From NCBI GenBank assembly GCA_951812955.1, contig OX638340.1:2720001-2784000 (forward strand): 64,000 nt of DNA, in the 5' to 3' direction. Shown here in pieces: positions 47,566 through 55,796 of this stretch. The notes beneath the pieces are model-generated. The model did not search any database. It saw only the letters and a program-made list of their open reading frames with translations, and was not told the DNA's origin. Positions within the stretch are counted from its first letter, which is position 1, and each line of letters begins with the position of its first letter. This stretch comes from an uncultured Gemmatimonadota bacterium (GTDB lineage: Bacteria; JAAXHH01). The translations under genes and the position numbers were made by a program.

Positions 47566-48717
47566 TTAACCCGATGATTTGAGTTCGTAGACGACTACAG
47601 TTGGATTGGGCAGATTCTTAACGTCCTGCGACAACACGACGGGTGCTTCTGAACGCAGCAGATAGAGTCGGTCACCCCTGGAGACGATCCCCTGCGAACC
47701 ACCGCCAATGTGCTCGGGCAATTGCAGGTCGCCGGTAACGTAATTGAGATCTGTGTCGTAGAGATCCAAAAACACGCGACGCTCATTTGGTTCGGCCAGG
47801 ACCACTCCTATCATCTCGTCTCCTATCTTCAACAGTTGTCTTATGTGGCTCCACGTGGCGTGGTACGCTTGTCGTTTGCGGAGATCGCTCGAAATTTCGT
47901 GCTCATCAAAGTCTGTCGAAGGCGGCACATAGTGCGACGATCTGCCCCGTACCGTTCGAATCAGTTTTCCACCAAGATCGTACTTCCGAAGTTCGTACTC
48001 ATAGGGGGTGATTACATAAAGGTGTGAACCAAGCAGCAAGATACCTCCCCCTCTGGATTCTCCCACGGTACTGAACTCCTCGTATTGATCGGCGAAACTG
48101 TTCTTGATCTCTCCTGACCTAGTGCACTCGTAGACTACCCTATCGGCCCCCTTCCTGCTAGCGACACCACTCGTATAGCAAAAGAAGCGATCGTCGGCTG
48201 TCACGATAATCTGACCCAGGAAAAGAGGAAGATCGACACTGCTGTTGAACGTAAAATCTTCGCTGTACTCCTGGATTCGCAGAAGATCTCCATCGTATAC
48301 GTAGTACCTGTGTGTTTGATCGCTATAGTAAAGGTTATCGGGGTAGAGGTATTGGTCCGCATTCGTCCCAAGACTTCCAATCTTCGCCTTGCTTCCGCCC
48401 TTGGAGTCGAATACAAGTATCTGTCGAACCCCGAAGTTATCCAACACAATGAAATCGCCCTGTTCGTTTATCGCGCTGAACCAGGGCAAAGCGCTCAGCG
48501 TGAAGCCCGAATCATTGGCAAGCGGGATCTGACGTATTTCTGTATACACTTCCAAGAAAGACTGTTTATCTCCATAGGAATCGGCGAGATGAGCAATGGA
48601 TGTATTGCGGGCTTCTTCCATCGAACCATGAGTACTCTGACACGCCATTGCTCCCATGAAAAACACCATTAGCGAAAAGGACAGCAACCGTAGCGTTTCA
48701 TTCGTTCGCTCTGACAT
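47566..48717 (-). CDS. Beta-propeller (NHL/6-bladed-type) lipoprotein, paralog 2.
   Basis: RBS aggaggg before the ATG. Signal plus lipobox (FFMGAMACQS). Paralogous to 45756..46844. Confidence 0.6.
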   Translation of the reverse strand: MSERTNETLRLLSFSLMVFFMGAMACQSTHGSMEEARNTSIAHLADSYGDKQSFLEVYTEIRQIPLANDSGFTLSALPWFSAINEQGDFIVLDNFGVRQILVFDSKGGSKAKIGSLGTNADQYLYPDNLYYSDQTHRYYVYDGDLLRIQEYSEDFTFNSSVDLPLFLGQIIVTADDRFFCYTSGVASRKGADRVVYECTRSGEIKNSFADQYEEFSTVGESRGGGILLLGSHLYVITPYEYELRKYDLGGKLIRTVRGRSSHYVPPSTDFDEHEISSDLRKRQAYHATWSHIRQLLKIGDEMIGVVLAEPNERRVFLDLYDTDLNYVTGDLQLPEHIGGGSQGIVSRGDRLYLLRSEAPVVLSQDVKNLPNPTVVVYELKSSG

Positions 48718-49170
48718 GGTTGGATTCCCTCCTCATTAGCTTGCCTTTAACAGTACAACCGGAAAGTGCTCGCTTCTTAAGTTGACGCTTATCGTGAATC
48801 GAACCACCACAATCCTATCGGTCAGGCTTGACTACGCTCAAGGCCAGGTATGAGCGCTAAATGGAGAACAATGATGAGATGTCGAGGGCTGGCAGTGGTA
48901 CACGTTATTTGCTACATGTACCCAATTGTATACTTGATTGGCTCCTGCCGGCTCCGTGGACAACGCCAGCATGCTCATTGCGCCGGCCATCGTCAATGCA
49001 CCGACGAACATTACACGAGTGAAGATGCTTCTGATTGAAGTTTTGATGACCGTGCTCCTTTCATTGTGCCTTTCCGGTTGTACTGTGCAATGAATAAAAT
49101 GACACCTGACCGATAGTCATCAACAGATACATATTGGAAGTGGAAACGGCTGGATATTTAGGGTAAAACC

Positions 49171-49692
49171 CTACACCTCCATAATCTCCACCAGTTCGTC
49201 TTCAGGATACGGGAAATGCCCCTGGGTACCCCGGTTGACCCGGGCCATGCGCTCCCCGAACACCATGTCTTCTCTGATCAATTCCGAAGTCCTGTGAATG
49301 CACTCCAACGTTGGGATTCCTCCTGTCGCGATCGCTGCTTCGGCTTCCTCCAGAAGAGCCGTCATGTCGTAAAACATCTTGATATTCGGCGACAGCATCT
49401 TGCGAGCCTGTTCCGGCAGTGAGGCGCGTAACTCCAGACAGAGATCGAGGGCTTTCAGAAGATGTTCCCTCGCGATTCGAAAGCACTTCCGTGCTTTACT
49501 CAGTGAAGCGCGATACGGCAGGATATTTCCCGCCAGGCAGGCGCCCAGATCTTCTATTTCCTCCAGGGCGCCAAGTCCCATGAAATAGTGGCCCCATCCC
49601 GTAAGTGTGAGCGGATAGATCCGGTGTTCGAAGGCTTCTTTGAGCTCCACATTGTCTGGCATCGGCGGAAGTGGGCAGGTCCAATCAGACAT
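49171..49692 (-). CDS. Hypothetical cytoplasmic protein (173 aa).
   Basis: Protein-like composition. Co-directional with the regulator genes. No recognisable motif. Confidence 0.4.
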   Translation of the reverse strand: MSDWTCPLPPMPDNVELKEAFEHRIYPLTLTGWGHYFMGLGALEEIEDLGACLAGNILPYRASLSKARKCFRIAREHLLKALDLCLELRASLPEQARKMLSPNIKMFYDMTALLEEAEAAIATGGIPTLECIHRTSELIREDMVFGERMARVNRGTQGHFPYPEDELVEIMEV

Positions 49693-49790
49693 TGTAGGCC
49701 TCCTTCAGTACATCAATTGGTGAAGAGACTCGCGGAGATGGAACACTGGAACGATCTACCCATTAAAGAAAGGAAAGCCGGACCGGTTAT

Positions 49791-49809
49791 CTATAGGGTG
49801 TATCCCTAT
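49791..49809. promoter_or_regulatory. Palindromic box ATAGGGTGTATCCCTAT (candidate LuxR/NarL-family operator), copy 1.
   Basis: Inverted-repeat arms ATAGGG/CCCTAT, about 100 bp upstream of the 49692 start codon. Confidence 0.35.
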
Positions 49810-49890
49810 TTGCTCGTTTTTTTTCACCGGAATCGAAAAAACCTGATTCCGGTCTTGAAGGAGTAGAGCGTCTCCTTTAAACGAACGTGT

Positions 49891-50526
49891 TCATTCTTCC
49901 ATTTTGATCAGACCAAGTTTGATCGCCGCTCGGATCAGATCGGGAAGGCTGTGCGTGTCTAGTTTCGCCATCAGATTTATGCGATGATTCTGCACGGTTT
50001 TTATACTGATTCGCATGGTTTCGGCTATCTGGCGATTGGATCGCCCCGATACGATCAGTCGAAGGATTTCGCGCTCACGGGGAGTAAGCCGGGGCGGTGT
50101 GCCATGGGGGTACTCCTCATACAGGTAATCGGCATGATCCATGGCCCGGGATTGGTACGTAACGCCCCTGCAAACGGTGCGTATCGCTTTGACCAACTCT
50201 TCGCCCGCTGATTTCTTGAGCACGTAGCCCCTGGCGCCGTTGTCCAGCGCTTTCCGGATCAGTGCGGGATCGGAATGCATCGACAGCATGACCACCCGGA
50301 CCTCGGAAAACGACGCGCGAATCCGCCTCGTCGCTTCGATACCGTTGATACCGGGCATCTCGACGTCCATCACTATGACGTCCGTTCGGACTCGATGCAC
50401 GGCATCGATCGCCTCCCGGCCATCCACGGCCTCGGCGACTATTCGAATATCGGACTCTTTTTCGAGCAGGTCCCGCAGCCCCTGCCGAATCAGATGATGA
50501 TCGTCTGCAATCACTACGCGTATCAT
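49891..50526 (-). CDS. LuxR/NarL-family response regulator (REC + HTH).
   Basis: Starts MIRVVIADDH. Phospho-acceptor context VIVMDVEMPG. The C-terminal HTH LTPREREILRLIVSGRSNRQIAETMRISIKTVQNHR is present. Confidence 0.85.
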   Translation of the reverse strand: MIRVVIADDHHLIRQGLRDLLEKESDIRIVAEAVDGREAIDAVHRVRTDVIVMDVEMPGINGIEATRRIRASFSEVRVVMLSMHSDPALIRKALDNGARGYVLKKSAGEELVKAIRTVCRGVTYQSRAMDHADYLYEEYPHGTPPRLTPREREILRLIVSGRSNRQIAETMRISIKTVQNHRINLMAKLDTHSLPDLIRAAIKLGLIKMEE

Positions 50527-50610
50527 ATGATGTTCGCGATCTCCTCTTCTGGTCGTTACATGACGAAATCCGTCGTTTGCTCAATACTAACAACAAAAAG
50601 GGGGACTATC

Positions 50611-50630
50611 CATAGGGTGTTTCCCTATGT
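50611..50630. promoter_or_regulatory. Palindromic box CATAGGGTGTTTCCCTATG (candidate LuxR/NarL-family operator), copy 2.
   Basis: Same ATAGGG-N5-CCCTAT architecture as copy 1, about 90 bp upstream of the response-regulator start at 50526. Confidence 0.35.
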
Positions 50631-50722
50631 TCCGCTTTTTCTTACGGTATTGGGGGGCTGAAGTGGCGAGAGAGATAGACTGCGGCCAACCGGATTGCTA
50701 CCAAGCGGGGAAAGACGACGGT

Positions 50723-51376
50723 TCATTCATCCAGGAAAGCGAGACGGTGCTTGAGGGCCAGGAGTATGAGATCCGGCAGATTGTGGACTTTCAACTTCTT
50801 CATCAGGATCGCGCGGTGTTTTTCCACGGTCTTGTCGCTGATGTTCAGGACCTCCGCCGCGGCCTGATTGGTATGTCCCTCGACGATGAGCTGAAGTATC
50901 TCCCGTTCGCGGGATGAAAGCTGCTCCAGAACGGCCTTTGACTCATTCGCCGATTCCGTCTGCAGGAATCCCGATAGCACGGTTTGAGCAATCGAAGGTG
51001 AAAGATAGATTTCGCCCTTGTTGGCGGACCGGATGGCGATCAGGAGTTCCTCCACGACGGATCTCTTGAGGAGATACCCGCTGGCCCCGCATCTGAGCGC
51101 CTGGCGCACCACGTCCTCATCCGAATGCATGGATAGTATGACGACGCGGGTATCGACGGACAGCGTCTGAATCCGCCGCGTGGTCTCGATACCGTTCAGC
51201 AAAGGCATGGCGATATCCAACATGGCGACGTCCGGTCTCTTCCGTTGTACCAGGTTCAGGGTCTCGTGACCATCGGCCGCTTCGCCGACAACTTCCATAT
51301 CCTCGGCCTTTTCGATTAGAGACACGATGCTTTGACGGACCAGTTGGTGATCGTCGGCAATAACGATCCTGATCAT
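50723..51376 (-). CDS. LuxR/NarL-family response regulator (REC + HTH), second copy.
   Basis: Starts MIRIVIADDH. Contains VAMLDIAMPL and the HTH SSREREILQLIVEGHTNQAAAEVLNISDKTVEKHR. Its start overlaps the kinase stop (ATGA). Confidence 0.85.
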   Translation of the reverse strand: MIRIVIADDHQLVRQSIVSLIEKAEDMEVVGEAADGHETLNLVQRKRPDVAMLDIAMPLLNGIETTRRIQTLSVDTRVVILSMHSDEDVVRQALRCGASGYLLKRSVVEELLIAIRSANKGEIYLSPSIAQTVLSGFLQTESANESKAVLEQLSSREREILQLIVEGHTNQAAAEVLNISDKTVEKHRAILMKKLKVHNLPDLILLALKHRLAFLDE

Positions 51377-54087
51377 TTCTCCTCCAAAGGAATTGTAGCG
51401 ACCAGACGGGCTCCCGCGCCTGGTTTCGAGTAAACATTCATGCGGCCATTCAGCGATTCAAGGCGTTCCTGCATATCTATCAAACCGATTCCTGTTTCAT
51501 TCTGATCCGAAAGTGTATCTGCAAGATCAAAACCCTGGCCGTTATCCTGTATCGATAGTTGTACGACTTCGCCATTGCGTTTCAAGCTAACTTCCACATG
51601 AGAGGCTTGTCCGTGTTTGACGCAGTTCGTCAGCCCTTCCTGCAGTATACGATACAGGCAGATATCGATTGGATTGGAGATTTCCGTAGTATCCATGCCA
51701 ACGTATGAGACCGGCATTTGAGTTCGTTGTGTTAAACTCTTGCATAGTCCTTCCAATGCTGTATTCAGCCCGACTGTATCCAGTGTCGGGGGACGGAGAT
51801 TATGGGAGATCGCACGTAGTTTCTCCAGCGTCTCGTCGGTTAGCGCCACGGCGTCGCTCAGCCGTTCTGCCGTATGATCGGAGACCCCGGACAACTCGTT
51901 CCGGGTTATTTCAAGGCTCATCTTCAGCGCCGTGAGCGCTTGTCCCGTATCGTCATGGAGATCCCGCGCCAGCCGGCTTCTTTCCGATTCCTGAATGTCG
52001 ATGAGTCGTCTGGAGAGTCTCTTCAATCCCAGGGCCTGATGCCGTAGCGATGTTGCCATATCGAGGTTCTTCAACGCCAATTCCAATTCGGCCGACAGGA
52101 CCAGCAACTGTTCTTTTTCATCGCTGTTGAACGGTTCTTCGCTGAGTTTTGCACCCAGTGCAATACATCCTTGACGGTCAGATCCTTGTCCGAGTACGAC
52201 CATGAGTTCGCACCCGGTGTCTCTCATACTTTCATTTGCGTACAGTTCGCGATACTCGACCAACGATTGCTCGGGGGGTATCGATCGCAGAAGGCCTTCG
52301 ACCTTGCCGGCTGCTTCAGTGAAGAACGTTTCATTTCTCTTGAGATCCTGCTCCGGCTTCTCACGCACTGCGTACCATCGGACCGAAAGCGATTCCTGAG
52401 GACTTTCTGCAAGGTATATCGCCAGATAGCAAACGTCCAATCCCTCCAGCAACTCTTGCCCGGTGGCGCTCAAAAGCGCATTACGATCCTGGTATTGCGT
52501 TAAGGATTGCTCGAGTCTGAAAAGGCGTTGTCGGTTTTCATATTCATCACGCAAAAGATATTGATTCAGTAAGCGGATGACGGGCGTCTTCACCCAGGTC
52601 CACCCTCCGACGAGTATCAAGGTGAATCCAGCGGCAGCGCTGGCGATCAGAAGATCGGAGGTTTCCATACCGGTCGGCCACACGGATATCAGTTCAAATA
52701 GTGCGATTAACGTCCAGAAGCTGAATATGAGATATATGCTCTTGGCATTGGCCAGGTAACGCAGACCACTTCCGAAGACGAACTTCAGGCCGAACACTCG
52801 GTGTGCCAGAATGGTATAGACAAAGGCGAGCGGCAGTCCACACTGCAGTACTACGTGGATGATCCGATCGAAGAGCCAGACTAATACCGGCAGGGCGGCC
52901 CCCCTTATTGGAATCAGGTCCCAACTGGCCAGAAGTGTACCAGGTTGCGTAATAGTCCACACGGGAGCCAAAATGAGGGCCGAGATGAATCCTGCCTTGA
53001 TGATATGCAGTCGCGTGCGTTGCTGATGCCGCGCGACGGAACGTTGGGCTATCATAAGACATCCCGCGGCGATGACAACGAGGGTGGGCAGCGCGGGAAC
53101 GGGCACTGGTTCAACGATTTCCGTGATGATACCAACTCCTGCGTGGTCCCACCCATAGGTCAGACTCAGCAAATAGATCAGACGGCACGATAGCCAGACA
53201 ATCAGGGGCGTCAGGATGAACCACCGGTTTTTGAGCAGCCATGATCCGAAAGCCGTCGCACTGGGGAAGACGGCAAGAATCCGAAACATGAGAACGATTT
53301 CCAGTAAGGATGCCGCGACGATGGCGAATATGCTGAGGAACAGTACCCAGTCCGGCCATCCGGCTATCATGGGATGGAAAGCGGGCGAGGAGGAAAGCGC
53401 CATAGCGAGGAAGAGCAACGCGCATCGAAAGGCAAGGGGACTGTGCGGACTCCTGAACCCCATCCAGGTTCCGAAGACCAGCAGGACCATCGGTAAAATC
53501 AGATACGGCCCCCGTTGGAACCACGTCATCGCGCCTACGCCCAGTACGAGTTCCTCCTGATTGACCTCGACTGCGTATCGTACCTGTTCCGTGGCCTCAA
53601 GCGTGAGTATACCAGCGTGCATGCTGCCGTCGCGAAGCCAGGCAAGATTGAAACGTTCACCGGGCTTGCTCCGCAAACGCGCCTGGAAATAGGCTTCGGG
53701 ACGTGTCCCGAGATCCGTGCCATCAATAGAGATCACCAGGTCACCCGGTCGCAATCCGGCTTTGTCCGCAGGGCTGTCCGCGTCTACTTGCGTGACGGTA
53801 ATACCGCCGTCCTCGCGTATGCGAACGAGGTGGAACCACGTGCCCTCCTGCAGATTGCTCACCGCACTTTTCGTGAGTCCCTTCGTCTGTATCATTTCAT
53901 TTCCGAAGAACTGGATACCCGGTGACCAGTGCTCGATTTGCGTGAACCGTACCAGCGTCCACGTGACCAGTCCTAAATGCATACACGTGAACATGACCAG
54001 TGCGCTGAGTGCGACGTATCGGCGGATGAGTGTCTTCAACCGAGAGCTACTCAATTGCGAGGGAATTGTATTTGAAGAGTCATTCAT
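51373..54087 (-). CDS. Sensor histidine kinase: N-terminal PDZ domain, multi-TM region, HisKA_3 (NarX-type) dimerisation domain and HATPase_c.
   Basis: PDZ segment VTQVDADSPADKAGLRPGDLVISIDG. About 8 hydrophobic helices. H-box ERSRLARDLHDDTGQAL. N/G boxes (LQEGLTNCVKH, DNGQGF...GIGLIDMQER). ORF track starts at a TTG (54159); the ATG is at 54085-54087. Confidence 0.8.
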   Translation of the reverse strand: MNDSSNTIPSQLSSSRLKTLIRRYVALSALVMFTCMHLGLVTWTLVRFTQIEHWSPGIQFFGNEMIQTKGLTKSAVSNLQEGTWFHLVRIREDGGITVTQVDADSPADKAGLRPGDLVISIDGTDLGTRPEAYFQARLRSKPGERFNLAWLRDGSMHAGILTLEATEQVRYAVEVNQEELVLGVGAMTWFQRGPYLILPMVLLVFGTWMGFRSPHSPLAFRCALLFLAMALSSSPAFHPMIAGWPDWVLFLSIFAIVAASLLEIVLMFRILAVFPSATAFGSWLLKNRWFILTPLIVWLSCRLIYLLSLTYGWDHAGVGIITEIVEPVPVPALPTLVVIAAGCLMIAQRSVARHQQRTRLHIIKAGFISALILAPVWTITQPGTLLASWDLIPIRGAALPVLVWLFDRIIHVVLQCGLPLAFVYTILAHRVFGLKFVFGSGLRYLANAKSIYLIFSFWTLIALFELISVWPTGMETSDLLIASAAAGFTLILVGGWTWVKTPVIRLLNQYLLRDEYENRQRLFRLEQSLTQYQDRNALLSATGQELLEGLDVCYLAIYLAESPQESLSVRWYAVREKPEQDLKRNETFFTEAAGKVEGLLRSIPPEQSLVEYRELYANESMRDTGCELMVVLGQGSDRQGCIALGAKLSEEPFNSDEKEQLLVLSAELELALKNLDMATSLRHQALGLKRLSRRLIDIQESERSRLARDLHDDTGQALTALKMSLEITRNELSGVSDHTAERLSDAVALTDETLEKLRAISHNLRPPTLDTVGLNTALEGLCKSLTQRTQMPVSYVGMDTTEISNPIDICLYRILQEGLTNCVKHGQASHVEVSLKRNGEVVQLSIQDNGQGFDLADTLSDQNETGIGLIDMQERLESLNGRMNVYSKPGAGARLVATIPLEEK

Positions 54088-54307
54088 GTCAACATACAGA
54101 TTGCTTTTCGAGAAGCATCCTGAAGCAATTTCGGAAAACAGGTGGACTTGACTCAACAAGCAAGTTTACTCGATCCAGGCCCGATACACCACCGGCGGTT
54201 TTCCCCGATCTCTGTACGACGACATGACCGCTTACATACAGCGGCCGGAACAGTGGCGTCACGTTCATGGGGTCGGTACGAGGTCGGGGCATGTCAGGGA
54301 AGGGATA

Positions 54308-54703
54308 TTAGCCGTCCGGTTCGGCGACATAGGTGTAGAGGATCGTTCCATCCCGGTCAAGCTGGAAGACCTCGTACCGCTTGGAGGGCGAGTATAGAAT
54401 ACGGCCATCAGGTGTTTGCGACAGATGGTTAAAGTTGGTTCGCACAGGTATGGTTGGTTTGCCGCCTATCACGAACTTACCGATTCCGTAACGAAGATTA
54501 CCGCCCATTTCGTAAACGGCGAAAATCGGTTCGTCCCATACGGAATTCACGGCGATCTCTCCGTCGTTCCCGGCCAGGATTCCGCTGGGAGGCAACAGAT
54601 TCTCGATGCGAAAATCCGAGAGGTGCGCGCCGTTCATCGTAAAGACCGTAATACGATTGTTTCCCGAGTCAAGAACAATGACTTTCTCATTGGATATGGC
54701 CAC
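54308..54703 (-). pseudogene. Truncated NHL-type beta-propeller gene fragment (decayed paralog).
   Basis: The 131-aa ORF has NHL-like blocks (VIVLDSGNNRITVF). Its upstream continuation (DADGRFFLADDRHHTIWVVESSG) is in a different frame at 54760-54840, so it is frameshifted. Confidence 0.5.
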
Positions 54704-54889
54704 ACCTAGAGGTCGATTCAGCTCTCCGGGACCAGACCTCCCATACTATTCCGATGAGAAACCGCCCCTGATGATTCGACCACCCAGATCGTGTGATGCC
54801 GGTCGTCAGCCAGAAAGAAACGGCCATCCGCGTCCATGTTTTCATGATGTCTGTGACCGATAGTATCTGGGCATTGGGCGGATAGTTAA

Positions 54890-55566
54890 GCTTGCCGTAA
54901 CCTGGGGCAATCGGCCTCGTAAGTCGCGATGACGGTACCGTCCCACTTCATTCTGAATACGGGGTATTCCTTGACCGCAGAATATAGAATATGACCCTCA
55001 GGCGTCTGGTTGAAATGCTGATCGCCCTGGTCCTATCCAACAGTCTGGTCTGGCACTCTTTCACCTCGGCTTCCTACAACGCTACCACACAAATCGTAGA
55101 CCGTAAAAAGTGTTTGCCCCCAGAGAGAATTGACCGCGATCTGGCCGTTCTTGCTCGCCAGTATTCCGGATGTCATTTGAAATTCCAACCGGAAGTCGTC
55201 TAAATACATACCATCCATCTTGAATATCATTACCCGGCTATTGCCGGAATCGTTCACGATGACTTTGTTTTCAAATACAGCTGCTCCTCCTGGACGCAGC
55301 AGTTCACCGGGGCCGGCCCCGTCCCGGCCAATGCGGCTGATCAGTTTGCCCTCTGAGTCACAAATCCAGACTGTATTCTGCTGCCCGTCCGTCAGGTAAA
55401 ACCGGCCGTCGTTGTCCCGTATCAGGTCTCCGATTTTTCCAGCAATCTCATCTTCAAGATCCAGCGGAATTGCACTGACTTTCTCGACTGCGAATGGCTG
55501 GGCATTTGCGGAACCCAAAAGTAACCACCATGATACAGGTTGATACAACCATGATAAGAACGGCAA
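54890..55566 (-). pseudogene. Second decayed NHL-type beta-propeller gene (frameshifted near 55033).
   Basis: The 177-aa ORF 55033..55566 (signal-like N-terminus, VIVNDSGNSRVMIF) stops where its paralog continues. The matching C-terminal peptide (TPEGHILYSAVKEYPVFRMKWDGTVIATY) is encoded in another frame at 54900-55030. Confidence 0.5.
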
Positions 55567-55592
55567 AGTCGTTTACGCCTTTCTTCAAGAAT

Positions 55593-55796
55593 TCACGTGT
55601 AAGGCGCCTCATTCCCACAACCGTACCCGGACCGGCACGTGTGGGCCAGTGTAGTGTTGCCGGTGTCGGCCACCGTGTCGCCCTCGCTGATCCCTGAGGT
55701 CACTTCCCGCCAATTGTCGCCTTCCTTACCCAGGTTGACGTACGTCCACTGGGCCCTTCCACTACGAATTGAAGTAAGAATACCCGGGAATCCCAC
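55593..55796 (-). pseudogene. Remnant of the 3' end of a second RND membrane-fusion-protein gene.
   Basis: The 67-aa ORF IRSGRAQWTYVNLGKEGDNWREVTSGISEGDTVADTGNTTLAH aligns with the C-terminus of the MFP at 43609..44820 (IRDGRAQWTYVALGREADDWREITSGLAEGDTVAVTGNVTLAH). DNA is about 80 percent identical over the aligned part. No upstream MFP body. Confidence 0.55.

Noticed and set aside
44824-55796. Possibility that the lower-GC island is a prophage or integrative element.
   Set aside because: No integrase, recombinase, tRNA attachment site or phage structural genes. It more likely reflects an old horizontally acquired or rearranged operon.
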